DNA of 64,000 nt from Bacteroidales bacterium (GCA_022865305.1 JALHSP010000056.1:128760-192759), one strand, 5' to 3'; shown: positions 27,877-41,143, numbered from the stretch's first letter. A program made the numbers and translations. The notes: generated by a model not told the origin, from the sequence alone.

Positions 27877-28653
27877 ATGAATATTACTTTTAACAAATAC
27901 CAGGGCGCAGGTAACGATTTCATTATCATAGACAATCGTAATGGCAAACTTAATCCTTCCGATTCGAAACTTATTAACAAACTTTGTGACCGTCGTTTTG
28001 GCATAGGTGCTGACGGATTGATACTTATCTCAAAAGATGACCAGTCTGATTTCGAAATGAAATATTTCAATTCCGACGGGTATATTGGATCGATGTGCGG
28101 CAACGGCGGAAGATGTACCGCACATTTTGCCCTGAAAACAGGGATCGCAGGAAAAAAGCAGAGATTCCTTGCTTTTGACGGTATACATGAAGCTTTTGTT
28201 GAAAAGGATTTTGTGCGTCTTCAGATGGGTGATGTAAATGAATACAAACTTATCGATGACAATTATTTCTTAAATACTGGTTCGCCGCATTATGTGATAT
28301 TTAAGGAAGATGTTGACAAAGTGGATGTTTCCCAGGAAGGAAAAAAGGTCAGGTGGTTATCTAAATTCGCACCGGGCGGCACAAATGTAAACTTTGTTCA
28401 GGTTCTCGATAAAGGCCTGTATATAAGGACTTTCGAAAGAGGTGTTGAGGAAGAAACACTAGCATGCGGAACAGGTGTAACCGCATCTGCCATTGCTTCA
28501 GCCCTGAAAGGACATTTTGGCACAAATTCCGTAAATGTCAGGGCAAGGGGTGGAAATCTTAAAGTCGAATTTGAAATTCACAAAGAAAGAATCACCAATA
28601 TCTGGCTAAGCGGACCTGCGACTTTTGTATATAGTGGGGAGATTGAGATATAA
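27877..28653 (+). CDS. dapF: diaminopimelate epimerase
   Basis: FNKYQGAGNDFIIID, the two catalytic Cys motifs SMCGNGGRC and LACGTG. The ATG at 27877 fits the family N-terminus. The ORF extends to 27832. Confidence 0.9.
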   Translation: MNITFNKYQGAGNDFIIIDNRNGKLNPSDSKLINKLCDRRFGIGADGLILISKDDQSDFEMKYFNSDGYIGSMCGNGGRCTAHFALKTGIAGKKQRFLAFDGIHEAFVEKDFVRLQMGDVNEYKLIDDNYFLNTGSPHYVIFKEDVDKVDVSQEGKKVRWLSKFAPGGTNVNFVQVLDKGLYIRTFERGVEEETLACGTGVTASAIASALKGHFGTNSVNVRARGGNLKVEFEIHKERITNIWLSGPATFVYSGEIEI

Positions 28654-28830
28654 GGGCGCAGGGGCGTAAGGGCTCAATGGCATAACGGCATAATGGTGTA
28701 AAGGTAAAAATGCGTTTCACTACAGAGCACACGGAGTTATACTGATAAAAAATACCGAGTGTTGTTCTGTAAAACTCCGATTCCTCCGTGGTTAAAGAAA
28801 AACTATCAACATTAACAATACCAATTTTAT

Positions 28831-29922
28831 ATGAAAAAGTTGATTTTCAGCGCAGTAGCGATCCTGCTTTTCTGTTCCGCCAATCTGAATTGTCAACCCG
28901 GAACAACCGAGCTGATGAATGCGATAAACAATATCAATTCAAATATTGATGCCCTGGGCCATCGTTTTGATGTGCTCGAAAAAAAAATTGATGATGTGCA
29001 GTGGTATAATAAAGTAGGAGATATTGCTTATATCGATAAGGTTTATATAACCGGTCCGCCACTCGCAAAAGAAAAAAATCCAACAGGCCAGGGAGCAGGC
29101 AATCCTGTTAAATTCTGGACATACATCTTCATTCCAAAGGATGTTGATCAGGCAAAGAAATACCCGCTGCTAGTATTTCCCCATGGCGGCGTTCATGCCA
29201 ATTTTGACACCTATTATACCCACATAATCAGGGAGATGGTATCACAGGGCTATATCGTAACTGCTGCGGAATACCGCGGATCGACAGGTTACGGTGCAGC
29301 AATGTATGACAGGATCGATTATGGTGGTCTTGAGGTACAGGATGTCGATGCAAGCCGGCAGTATATGATTGATAACTATACAATTGTAGATAAAGACAGG
29401 ATTGGTATTGTAGGCTGGAGCCACGGCGGATATATTGCGCTGTTCAACATTTTTGAATATCCGCAGAATTATAAAGTGGCATTTACCGGCGTACCTGTCA
29501 GCGATCTTATTGCCCGTATGGGATATAAAGACCAGGAATACCGCGATCTGTTCTCAGAACAGGCTGCCATAGAAAAACCTGCTGATCAGAACGTTGCTGA
29601 ATACCGGAAAAGATCCCCTGCATGGCAGGTCAGTAAATATCAGAACACACCTCTGTTAATACACACCAATACAAATGATGAAGATGTCAATGTTCTTGAA
29701 GTTGAACATCTTATAAAATCACTTAAAGCTGAAGGAAAGAAGAATTTCTCTTATGAAATTTTTCAGAATATGCCGGGTGGCCATTCTTTTGACCGGATGG
29801 ATTATATGGAAGCAAAAGAGATCAGGATGAAGATATATAACCATCTAAATAAATACCTTACACCTCCAAAACCATTTAAGTCGGTTAAAGACTTACAGAA
29901 GGCTGGCTATGGATTTAACTAA
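28831..29922 (+). CDS. exported S9-family (prolyl oligopeptidase-type) serine hydrolase
   Basis: Signal peptide, nucleophile elbow GWSHGG, and later D and H (PGGHSF). Confidence 0.7.
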   Translation: MKKLIFSAVAILLFCSANLNCQPGTTELMNAINNINSNIDALGHRFDVLEKKIDDVQWYNKVGDIAYIDKVYITGPPLAKEKNPTGQGAGNPVKFWTYIFIPKDVDQAKKYPLLVFPHGGVHANFDTYYTHIIREMVSQGYIVTAAEYRGSTGYGAAMYDRIDYGGLEVQDVDASRQYMIDNYTIVDKDRIGIVGWSHGGYIALFNIFEYPQNYKVAFTGVPVSDLIARMGYKDQEYRDLFSEQAAIEKPADQNVAEYRKRSPAWQVSKYQNTPLLIHTNTNDEDVNVLEVEHLIKSLKAEGKKNFSYEIFQNMPGGHSFDRMDYMEAKEIRMKIYNHLNKYLTPPKPFKSVKDLQKAGYGFN

Positions 29923-29985
29923 AGGCATAAAGGCAAAAGACGTCAGGCCAGAGGAAGAACACGGAACGCGGAACCATAATAAAAA

Positions 29986-31020
29986 ATGCAGAAAGAGAAA
30001 TTATACGGGAAGACATTAAATGAGCTGATCGCTATAACTAAACGCGTAAAACTGCCAGGTTTTGCAGCAAAGCAGATTGCTGACTGGCTGTACAAAAAGG
30101 AGATTCAGACAATCGGGGAGATGACAAACCTGTCAAAGAAGATGAGGGAGTTGCTTTCGAACGATTATGAAATTGGACTCTCCGCCCCCGTAAATATGAC
30201 AACCAGCTCGGACGGAACAAAGAAATATCTCTTCAATGTATTGAATGACAAATATATAGAAACAGCATATATTCCGGATGATGACAGAGCAACAATATGT
30301 GTTTCTTCCCAGGCCGGATGCAAAATGGGCTGTATTTTTTGCATGACAGGCAGGCAGGGTTTCCAGGGAAACCTCTCGTCGAATGAAATACTGAACCAGT
30401 TCAGAAGCCTGCCTGAATTCAGGAGCCTTACTAATATGGTTTATATGGGCATGGGAGAACCTCTCGATAACATAAATGAAGTTTTGAAAAGCCTTGATAT
30501 TATGACTAATGAATGGGGATATGGCTGGAGCCCCACACGTATTACTGTCAGCACCGTCGGACTTACAGGCAGTATCAGGGAGTTTCTTGAAAACAGTCGT
30601 TGTCATCTGGCTGTCAGCCTTCATTCTCCGTTTGATGATGAAAGAAGAAAACTTATGCCGGTCCAAAGGACGAATACTGTAGAGGAAGTTATTGATATTA
30701 TCAGAAATTTTGATTTTAACAGCCAGAGAAGGGTGTCGTTTGAATATATCCTTTTTAAAGGGATAAACGATACTCCGCGTCATGTAAAGGAGCTTGCTCG
30801 GATACTCAATGGGATAAAATGCCGCATAAATATCATCCGTTTCCATCACATCCCGGAATCTATATACTTTAGTCCGGATGATCGCACTATAATAAATTTT
30901 AAAGAGGCTCTGAATGCCAAAGGAATACTTGCAACAATCAGGGCAAGCAGAGGAGAGGATATCGGTGCAGCATGTGGTCTGCTATCTACCCTTGAACAGA
31001 ACAAAAACAAAAAGGTATGA
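29986..31020 (+). CDS. rlmN: 23S rRNA/tRNA (adenine-C2)-methyltransferase, radical SAM
   Basis: AGCKMGCIFCMTG cluster motif and overall RlmN colinearity (ISTVG, MGMGEPL). Confidence 0.9.
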   Translation: MQKEKLYGKTLNELIAITKRVKLPGFAAKQIADWLYKKEIQTIGEMTNLSKKMRELLSNDYEIGLSAPVNMTTSSDGTKKYLFNVLNDKYIETAYIPDDDRATICVSSQAGCKMGCIFCMTGRQGFQGNLSSNEILNQFRSLPEFRSLTNMVYMGMGEPLDNINEVLKSLDIMTNEWGYGWSPTRITVSTVGLTGSIREFLENSRCHLAVSLHSPFDDERRKLMPVQRTNTVEEVIDIIRNFDFNSQRRVSFEYILFKGINDTPRHVKELARILNGIKCRINIIRFHHIPESIYFSPDDRTIINFKEALNAKGILATIRASRGEDIGAACGLLSTLEQNKNKKV

Positions 31021-32456
31021 GAAGATTACTGCTTTGTTATCTGTTGCTCCTTATTTTTTTTCAGTCATTTTCGCAGGGCAATGCATTAGAAAAATTCCTT
31101 GCTGACACTTCGATGGAACATGCCGCCGTTTCATTTTGCATTAGAGATTCAGACAGCGGAAATACGGTTTTTGAATACAACTCAGAGAAAAGTCTCATGC
31201 CGGCCTCAGTAATGAAACTGATAACTTCTTCAGCAGCACTTGAATTACTTGGACCGGAATATACATTCCGGACAACAATCGGATATACCGGAACATTTAA
31301 TAAGCGATCCGGCAGATTAACCGGTGACATTATTATTAAAGGAGGAGGCGATCCTGTGCTTGGATCAAAAAGATTTGCAGATCACTATTCAGGTTTTACA
31401 GAAGGCTGGATTAATGAAATTAAAAAACTTGGAATTAAAAAGATAACCGGAAGAGTTATTACTGATGATTCATATTATGATTACCTGCCTGTTCCGGCTA
31501 AATGGCTATGGGAAGATGCAGGTAATTATTACGGTGCCGGTGCATTTGGGCTGTCTGTTTATGACAATACTTATGAAATCCGCTTTAAAACATCATCAGA
31601 TAGTTTAAGTCTTGTAATATCAGGTATTGTACCCGAAGAATGCAGCTTTGAATTCTCCAATTGGCTGGTTGCTGCAGGTACTGCTGATGAGGGGTATGTT
31701 TTTGCCGCACCTTACAGTACAAATGGATGGCTTGCCGGAACCATTCCGACAAACCTGGATGATTTTGTTCTTAAGGCCTCAATTGCTGACCCTCCCCGTC
31801 TGATGGCAAAAATCATTAACAAGAAGCTTGAATCTGCAGGAATCTCAGTTTCAGGTGATCCCTCAACTGCCAGACTACTACAGTCATCTATTACCGGGAA
31901 GATTATCCCTGTGGCAGAAATAGTTTCTCCGCCTCTTAAAGATATCATTGAGATACTGAATCATGAAAGTGTAAATCTCTACGCCGAACACCTGGTAAAA
32001 GAGCTGGGAAAGGTTTTCAGAAACAATGGATCAACAGCTGCAGGGACTGAAGTGGTCAACGGTTTCCTTTCAACAGCCGGAATAGACACCGGAGGTATGT
32101 TCATTGAGGACGGAAGCGGTCTTTCTACCCTCAATGCCATAAATGCAAAAGGAGTGTCTGATCTGCTCTGTTATATGAAGAAAAAAGGGAAATACTTAAA
32201 TGAGTTTCTCCATTCTTTTCCTGAACCAGGTAAAGAGGGAACCCTTAAGAACTACTTTAAAGACCCTGTTTTTGATTCAAGGCTGAAAGCAAAAGGCGGA
32301 TCGATGACCAGGGTCAGAAGTTATGCAGGTTATTTAAGTACAATATCAGGTAAAGAGTTGTCTTTCTGCATCATAGTCAATAATTACACAGGACCTTCCC
32401 AGAATATTATTGCATGGATCGGCGAAATATTAAAAGAGACTATATTGTATAAATGA
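31017..32456 (+). CDS. dacB: D-alanyl-D-alanine carboxypeptidase/endopeptidase (PBP4, S13 family)
   Basis: SxxK motif PASVMKL, signal peptide, and KGG-type motif (KAKGGS). 4-nt overlap with rlmN. Confidence 0.8.
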   Translation: MRRLLLCYLLLLIFFQSFSQGNALEKFLADTSMEHAAVSFCIRDSDSGNTVFEYNSEKSLMPASVMKLITSSAALELLGPEYTFRTTIGYTGTFNKRSGRLTGDIIIKGGGDPVLGSKRFADHYSGFTEGWINEIKKLGIKKITGRVITDDSYYDYLPVPAKWLWEDAGNYYGAGAFGLSVYDNTYEIRFKTSSDSLSLVISGIVPEECSFEFSNWLVAAGTADEGYVFAAPYSTNGWLAGTIPTNLDDFVLKASIADPPRLMAKIINKKLESAGISVSGDPSTARLLQSSITGKIIPVAEIVSPPLKDIIEILNHESVNLYAEHLVKELGKVFRNNGSTAAGTEVVNGFLSTAGIDTGGMFIEDGSGLSTLNAINAKGVSDLLCYMKKKGKYLNEFLHSFPEPGKEGTLKNYFKDPVFDSRLKAKGGSMTRVRSYAGYLSTISGKELSFCIIVNNYTGPSQNIIAWIGEILKETILYK

Positions 32457-32551
32457 TATCTTTTTAATTACTGTCGGATATAAGGCTATATTTGCAATTT
32501 TTAAACCTGAATTCCTGAAACCAGGCTTTTATAATTGCTTTACAGATTTTC

Positions 32552-33664
32552 ATGAATGCTAAAGTTGCAGTAAGAAATTGCAGAGAGTATGATCTTCACA
32601 GTGTTTACAATCTAATATCTGATATCTACAAAACTTGTGAAGGTCCTGAAATAAAGAATAAAAAGATCCTCGTCAAGCCAAATATTCTTATAGACAGTAA
32701 TCCTGACAAATGTATCAGCACCCATCCGGTGGTGGTTGAAGCGATGGTAAGATTTCTCCAGTCGAATGGAGCTGTTGTTTTTGTCGGTGATTCTCCCGCA
32801 AATCAGATAAGCGGTTTCAGGGCTGAAAAATCAGGTATTTTGAAAGTCTGTGAAAAAACCGGCGCATCATGGGTCGACTTTTTGAAGAATCCCTCGGAGA
32901 TTAAATTGCCAGGGGGAAGAATCAGGATCGCATCAGTTATAAATGAAATTGACCTTATAATCTCACTTCCCAAGTTAAAGAACCATGAGCTTGTATTTTT
33001 CACCGGCGCAATTAAAAATACTTTTGGCCTGATTCCTGGCTTTTCGAAAGCAAAACAGCATGCTTTTCATCATGACAGAAGCAGTTTCAGCTCTTTCCTG
33101 GTCGATCTGAATGAAGTCGTCACACCTCATTTTTTCCTGATGGATGGAATAATCGGGATGGATGGACAAGGTCCGGCAAACGGCACACCTGTAAAAACCG
33201 GAGTATTGATTGGATCAACAAATCCTCTCGCGCTTGATATTATTGCGAGTTCTATCGCAGGTTATGATCCGTTAAAAATCCCTACCAGCTTAATTTCTTT
33301 ATCCAGAGGAAAATGGCTTCGGTCAGAACATGATATTATCTATAATGGTCCTGAAATTGAGTCAATAATAAAGAAGGATTTTAAAAGGAATCCTGTTACT
33401 GATGATGCCAATATTGCCTTAAAGTTTGTAATGAACAGGTTAAAGTCTCTGAGAAGACTTCAGAGAAGGCCTGTTTTTATTCATAACAAATGCACAGGAT
33501 GCAGGGAATGCGTAAAGATATGTCCGCGGAATGCAATTGTTATGCACCATTCAAAGAAGAATTGGGTAGTACAGACCGATAAGAATTGCATCAGATGTTT
33601 CTGCTGCAGCGAAGTATGTCAGAGTCATGCGGTTGAGATCAGGAGAAAATTATTCGGTGCCTGA
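32552..33664 (+). CDS. DUF362 protein with C-terminal 2x[4Fe-4S] ferredoxin domain
   Basis: DUF362-like body plus CTGCRECVKICP and CIRCFCCSEVC motifs. No signal peptide. Confidence 0.75.
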   Translation: MNAKVAVRNCREYDLHSVYNLISDIYKTCEGPEIKNKKILVKPNILIDSNPDKCISTHPVVVEAMVRFLQSNGAVVFVGDSPANQISGFRAEKSGILKVCEKTGASWVDFLKNPSEIKLPGGRIRIASVINEIDLIISLPKLKNHELVFFTGAIKNTFGLIPGFSKAKQHAFHHDRSSFSSFLVDLNEVVTPHFFLMDGIIGMDGQGPANGTPVKTGVLIGSTNPLALDIIASSIAGYDPLKIPTSLISLSRGKWLRSEHDIIYNGPEIESIIKKDFKRNPVTDDANIALKFVMNRLKSLRRLQRRPVFIHNKCTGCRECVKICPRNAIVMHHSKKNWVVQTDKNCIRCFCCSEVCQSHAVEIRRKLFGA

Positions 33665-33687
33665 TTATTAAGCAGATTTTGCATGAA

Positions 33688-35745
<2,058 letters not shown>

Positions 35746-36107
35746 TTATGCCAAACAAAACTATTTTCAGGAATTGAAATCAGAAAATATTTTTTATAAC
35801 TGTCAGACATCCGGATCAACCTCTCTTTTCCTGTTATAAATAATTGATTTAATGAATATTATTTAGTCCTGCAAATATACCATTTTAAAACGGTTTTTGT
35901 GTGTTAATATTTTATGAATTATGCACAATTTGAACTAGAAATTAACATAAATCCGATGAACTATTAAGATTGGCGTAAAGGCTCAATGGCACAGAGGCAG
36001 GGCCGAGCGTAAAAAAATCAGCCCCTGGGCTAATTTTAGCGAAGGAGCCCGACTGCAGGGGAGGCTCAAAGGTGCATTAGGAAGCTTCAGAGAGCAGAGC
36101 TTTAAGG

Positions 36108-37820
36108 CTATAGGCTATAAGTGAATCCGAGCATGCAAAAGAAGCTTTTCGACGGGTAATATGCCCATTCATAGTACCTGTTGTAGGTAATATTGTTGAA
36201 TTTAAGCCAGAAAGAAAGAATTTTAGTAAACCGGTATTCTGCACTCATATTAAGGTTGAAATGAACAGGCATGTCGGATACAGCAGATGTTGGGGGCAGT
36301 AATAAATCGTATGTAGATGCAATCAGTTTTCGCTTACCTGTCCCTGTTAATTCCACCCCGGCAATAATTTTATCGCGAAGATTGTATTTTACAACTATCT
36401 GACCATCCCATAACGGTTTATTCCAGGGATAATCATTATTGGTAAGTGTATATTTATACCAGTTAGCCTTTCCGGCATATGATAATTGCTTATTGATAAC
36501 ACCATTTATCTCACCATAGATTTTAAGCAGTTCCACATCGTCGGTCAGTGGTATAAAGTGATTCCCGTACTCGGATGTAAACAGGGGATCGGGGAAAGTA
36601 AGATTGGAATAGAATAGCATATTATTGATAAATGAATATGAGGCACCAACTATATAGTTGCCCCCGATACCGGTGTTTCCCTTCAGTCCTGCGTTTACAA
36701 TAAGTGCATGACTTGTATTTGGAAGTTTGAAAAGAGTACCGTCGGTTATCAGAAACGGATTTTCATTGATTATCCTTTTCGGTTCATTTTTCTCCAGTTT
36801 ACCATTTAATCCGGTGAAGAAACTGATATATGAAGGCACTATGTTAAATCCAAAAAGTATATCAGGGTAAATATGCGTCTCAGGTGTAGTGGTCATATTA
36901 TAATCAAACAATACCTCAAATCCCACTTTGAAGTTCCATTGAGGTGTGTTCTTTTTTATGAAGGGGCTTAATGAAAGTATATATTTTGGATTATTGGATA
37001 TAGTGCCCGGGAGTTTGAAATAATCATAATTTATACCGGATCCGACATAAAAACCCTTGTATGTTTTCGACATCATACCAGTAAAGCCTGCGTTATGCAT
37101 ATACATCTGCCTTGTATTGAAAAAGAAGTCATAGTTAAAATCGAAATCATAAGAGAAATTAGAAGAATCTAGCGTGAGTGAAGCAAAGGATATTTTTGTA
37201 CCAATATTATTATATCCCATCCTGATATCTTTTTTTATGGGATCATAATCTGTAATGGTTGTGTCGTAACCATAGGCATATCTTATTTTCTGATTAAAAT
37301 CGACCGAACCTTCTATGAAGTTTTGCCTGAAGAACTTCTTCCCGAACAACGATGCATCATTATCCATATATCCCGCAAAGACATTTTTATCATTTTGCAG
37401 CTTCACCTTTCCATTGGTTGAAAAATGCCTTGCATAAAATCCCAGGGCTCCTTTTTTTGACCGTTCATTTGTTATGCTGAGCTCAGCCAGAGGGGTTAAA
37501 TAATTACCGAGTCCTAAATTAATATAGCTTTTATAGAGCTTTGGAAGAGGATCAGGGAGTAAAGTCGCAGCTTTAATGGGGCTGATAGTATAGACAGGTG
37601 TAAATGGATTTGTCCTGATGTCGTACCTGAAATCGGGTCTGACCTTTGCAGTGTCGTTAATATCTGGCAGAAAGCTTCTTTTCTTTACTTCAGGCAGAGA
37701 TGGCTTATAAGGATTATAAAGTGTAACCTCCCTTTTAAGATCCTGCTGGCTAGTCTGTGCAGAAACAGGTAAATAAATGAGAATTATCAGTAGTTCTATT
37801 ATCAGTATTTTTTTTATCAT
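36108..37820 (-). CDS. outer-membrane beta-barrel protein (putative porin-like)
   Basis: 570 aa with a signal peptide and a Tyr/Asn/Gly/Phe-rich amphipathic beta pattern throughout. It lies downstream of the large TPR gene. Confidence 0.55.
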   Translation of the reverse strand: MIKKILIIELLIILIYLPVSAQTSQQDLKREVTLYNPYKPSLPEVKKRSFLPDINDTAKVRPDFRYDIRTNPFTPVYTISPIKAATLLPDPLPKLYKSYINLGLGNYLTPLAELSITNERSKKGALGFYARHFSTNGKVKLQNDKNVFAGYMDNDASLFGKKFFRQNFIEGSVDFNQKIRYAYGYDTTITDYDPIKKDIRMGYNNIGTKISFASLTLDSSNFSYDFDFNYDFFFNTRQMYMHNAGFTGMMSKTYKGFYVGSGINYDYFKLPGTISNNPKYILSLSPFIKKNTPQWNFKVGFEVLFDYNMTTTPETHIYPDILFGFNIVPSYISFFTGLNGKLEKNEPKRIINENPFLITDGTLFKLPNTSHALIVNAGLKGNTGIGGNYIVGASYSFINNMLFYSNLTFPDPLFTSEYGNHFIPLTDDVELLKIYGEINGVINKQLSYAGKANWYKYTLTNNDYPWNKPLWDGQIVVKYNLRDKIIAGVELTGTGKRKLIASTYDLLLPPTSAVSDMPVHFNLNMSAEYRFTKILSFWLKFNNITYNRYYEWAYYPSKSFFCMLGFTYSL

Positions 37821-37888
37821 ATCATTTCAATTTCCGGATCGTATTTTTCGATGTTTGCTTTAGTTTTGTACTCTTCAAATTCTGATCT

Positions 37889-40800
37889 TCACTTTAGTTG
37901 GTTCTGATTCAGAGTATCAAGTTTTGCTTTCACCTCATCAAGGATGCCATCATTTTCAATGGAGTAATTATCTCTCAGGCTTTGAAGAGTTGCTTTTGCC
38001 TGCAAAGTATCCCCCTTTTTAACACTTATATCTGACAGAAGCAGAAACATCCGTGCCATCCAGTACTGATGAGGAGTATTCTGATCCACAAAATCTGATA
38101 TAACTTTTTCAGATTCCTCTATATTGTCTTTCCTGTAAAGCAATTCTGCAACCCTGTATCTGGATTCTGCTCCTTCAACACTCGATACTTCCGTACCGAC
38201 TTTCAGGAAATCCTCAAGAGCTTCATTAAAATTATTAAGGCTATAATTAGCTTTTGCTCTCATAAATCTTGATTCTCTCAGAAATTCCTCCGGGATATTA
38301 ATTGCATTGTCAATATTATCCGCTACTCTGATTGTTTTCTGGGCATCACCAGCCTGGTAGGCTGACCTGAGTTGTCCCTTAAGGGCAATAATCCTGTTTT
38401 CATAATTACCGGTAGCATTCTCAAGTTTAAGATAGTATTCAAAAGATGACACATAGTCTTCCTTATCAAAGAATATTGTTGCAGCGGAAATGAGCGCTTG
38501 CTCAGTAAACTGATTATTAGGCTCTCCGGCTACACCCACATACAGATTAAGAGCGTCATCTGTTTTCCCTGCAGATTTCAGGCATTCGGCCAGGTAAAAC
38601 ATGGCATTTTGCCTGAAGCTTCCATTGGGAAATTCACCCAGATAGTTTTTGAATATCTCAGAGGCTTTGTCACATTTGCCGGTTATATAAAGGTTCTCAC
38701 CTGACGCATAAAGAAGTGAGTCTTTTTCTGCCAGGTTGACATCGCCATAACCGTCGAGTGTTTTTACATAGGCAAAATAAGATTCGACATCATTCATTTC
38801 GACATATGTATTTTTAAGTCCGGTCATAGCATACCTGGCCTCTGGTGTTGATTTGTAGTTCTCGATCACTTTTTTATACTGAGTAATAGCTTTGTTATTC
38901 TCTCCCAGGTTAAAATAAAGAAGGCCAAGCTGAACCATGGTACGTGGCACGAGAGGGCTGGCAGGGTAAGATGAAATAATTATATTGAAATCAGCTTCAC
39001 CTCGTTTGTAATCTTCCATGACAAGATATGCCCTGCCCCTTTCAAAAATTGCATTAGGCACAAAGGATGAAGACGGGAATTTCAAGGTAAGAGAGGAAAG
39101 CACTTCGGCTTTTCCGGATTCATCATTCATCAGACCGAGTGAAAAGCCTTTCTGATACATTGCATAATCTGCATCTACCTTTCCGTATTCTATTACTTTA
39201 TCGTAATAGCTTATTGCCATAGGGTAGTTGGTCGTAATATAATAACAGTCAGCAATTCTGTTTTTAGCATCAGCCAGTACTTCAGGTCTTACACTTGTGA
39301 CCCCCGATTCAAAAGTTTTTAGGTGAGTCAGTGCATTTGGATAATCTTTCATGTTAAAAAGGGAATAACCGAGGTTATACCTGACGAGATTATTTTCGCC
39401 CAGGAGCATTGAACCCGGAATCCCCATGAATTCAGTATAATCGGATTTCGCATCTTCGAATTTCCCGAGCCGGTATGATGCTTCGCCCCTCCAGTAAACT
39501 GCCCGCGCCCTGAGTACCTTGTTGTACTTCTGGTATCTCAGAGATTTATCGAACATATCAACTGAAGCATCAAGCTCCATATTTTTGAATAATTCCAATC
39601 CCCTGAAAAAAGCAACCTTCTGGTACGCTTCTTCCAGTCTGCTGTTTTTACTTGGAATCTTATCAAGGGAAGCCAGGGCAGCCTTATAATTCTTAACCTG
39701 CATATATGTCGCTACAAGATAATTATAGGCTTCTTCAATTCTTTCAGAGGCCGGATAACTATCAATATATTCCTGAAAAGCTTTTATCACCTCTCCGAAC
39801 GGGGAGTATGATGTTTCATAGGCCAGTTTTGCAAAATTGAAAAGAGCTTCCTCTTTGATCCTTTTATCAAAATTCATTTTTGATGCTTCCCCGAATCCAA
39901 ACTGTGAACGTTTTTTATTGTCCTTCTGAAGGTAGCAATCACCTAAAAGAAACCATATATTCTGACTTAAAAGGTCATTCCGGGTTTTTATTTCCAGCAA
40001 AATCTTTATTGCTTTATCAATTTCACCGGTTTTATAATAGCAATAACCAAGCTGATATTTATCTTCCCTTGCGCTTATTATAGTGCCGGTTGCAAATTTT
40101 TCAAGGTATGGTAATGCCTCCTTATAATTCTCCTTGTTATAATAGGCGTCACCAATAAAACGATATAACTCAATAGCTCTTTCTTTCCCCGCAGAATTAA
40201 GGAGATCCGGAGTAATTTCCAGAATACCATCATAATCTTTCTGTAAATACAATAACTGAGCGATGTAAAAAGGAACAACTCCGCCAAAAGTTTCATCATT
40301 CTTCAACCTTGTAAATCCATCCATGGCAGTCTGGTACATTTTCTGCTCATAAGCAATCTGAGAAAAATAATAAACCGCAGGTGGAGTGTATTCCGTGTCA
40401 ATATCTTTGATCTCAGAAAACATCAGCAGAGCCCTGGATTTATCTCCTCTTACATAGTGAGAATAACCCAGCCGGAAGAAATATTCTTGTAATTTCTCAG
40501 TAGATAGCTCCTGCCTGTTAACTGATTCATAATAATTTACTGCTTTCCGGTAGTTTTTATTCTGATAGAAATAATCACCTAATTCTAAACGTGCCTCATT
40601 AATCCTGGGGCTTTCAGGATGAGTTGAAATAAATTTTATCATCCGGTATTCTGCATCAGGATTGAAAAGCTTCACTGCAGCAATAGCTCCATAATATTCA
40701 GCATCAGCAACAGTGATAACGTCCGATCTGTCATTATTTCTGATGTATGAATCAAAGAGTCTTATTGCTGCAGGATATTTTTCTTTATAGAATAACTCCA

Positions 40801-40915
40801 TTCCCCTGTTGAATTCAGATCCCAGTTCCTGCCCCGTAAACGGAACCTGTGATTTGATGCTGACAACAACAATTAAAAGAAAACTTAATATTAAAACGAG
40901 CCTGATTCTGTTCAT
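37889..40915 (-). CDS. large tetratricopeptide-repeat (TPR) protein, exported
   Basis: 1008 aa with a signal peptide. Recurring TPR signatures (..A...Y..g.y..A...f...) run along the whole length. Confidence 0.75.
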   Translation of the reverse strand: MNRIRLVLILSFLLIVVVSIKSQVPFTGQELGSEFNRGMELFYKEKYPAAIRLFDSYIRNNDRSDVITVADAEYYGAIAAVKLFNPDAEYRMIKFISTHPESPRINEARLELGDYFYQNKNYRKAVNYYESVNRQELSTEKLQEYFFRLGYSHYVRGDKSRALLMFSEIKDIDTEYTPPAVYYFSQIAYEQKMYQTAMDGFTRLKNDETFGGVVPFYIAQLLYLQKDYDGILEITPDLLNSAGKERAIELYRFIGDAYYNKENYKEALPYLEKFATGTIISAREDKYQLGYCYYKTGEIDKAIKILLEIKTRNDLLSQNIWFLLGDCYLQKDNKKRSQFGFGEASKMNFDKRIKEEALFNFAKLAYETSYSPFGEVIKAFQEYIDSYPASERIEEAYNYLVATYMQVKNYKAALASLDKIPSKNSRLEEAYQKVAFFRGLELFKNMELDASVDMFDKSLRYQKYNKVLRARAVYWRGEASYRLGKFEDAKSDYTEFMGIPGSMLLGENNLVRYNLGYSLFNMKDYPNALTHLKTFESGVTSVRPEVLADAKNRIADCYYITTNYPMAISYYDKVIEYGKVDADYAMYQKGFSLGLMNDESGKAEVLSSLTLKFPSSSFVPNAIFERGRAYLVMEDYKRGEADFNIIISSYPASPLVPRTMVQLGLLYFNLGENNKAITQYKKVIENYKSTPEARYAMTGLKNTYVEMNDVESYFAYVKTLDGYGDVNLAEKDSLLYASGENLYITGKCDKASEIFKNYLGEFPNGSFRQNAMFYLAECLKSAGKTDDALNLYVGVAGEPNNQFTEQALISAATIFFDKEDYVSSFEYYLKLENATGNYENRIIALKGQLRSAYQAGDAQKTIRVADNIDNAINIPEEFLRESRFMRAKANYSLNNFNEALEDFLKVGTEVSSVEGAESRYRVAELLYRKDNIEESEKVISDFVDQNTPHQYWMARMFLLLSDISVKKGDTLQAKATLQSLRDNYSIENDGILDEVKAKLDTLNQNQLK

Positions 40916-41143
40916 AACTTATTTTTTTGGGCTTATATCTTTAAAACCAGATCTTAGTCTGAAAATAAAAATCAGAACATAACAGGTTAATTTTAAGCCA
41001 TATATATCATATAATAACTTTTTTAGCCGGATGTAAAATTACAACTATTAAACGGCGGCTTCCGGCCTTTATTACTGATTTTATTAACATATAAATGTTA
41101 ATTATCAATTCTTTCTTTATTTTGCACTTTAAACTTCCGGAAA

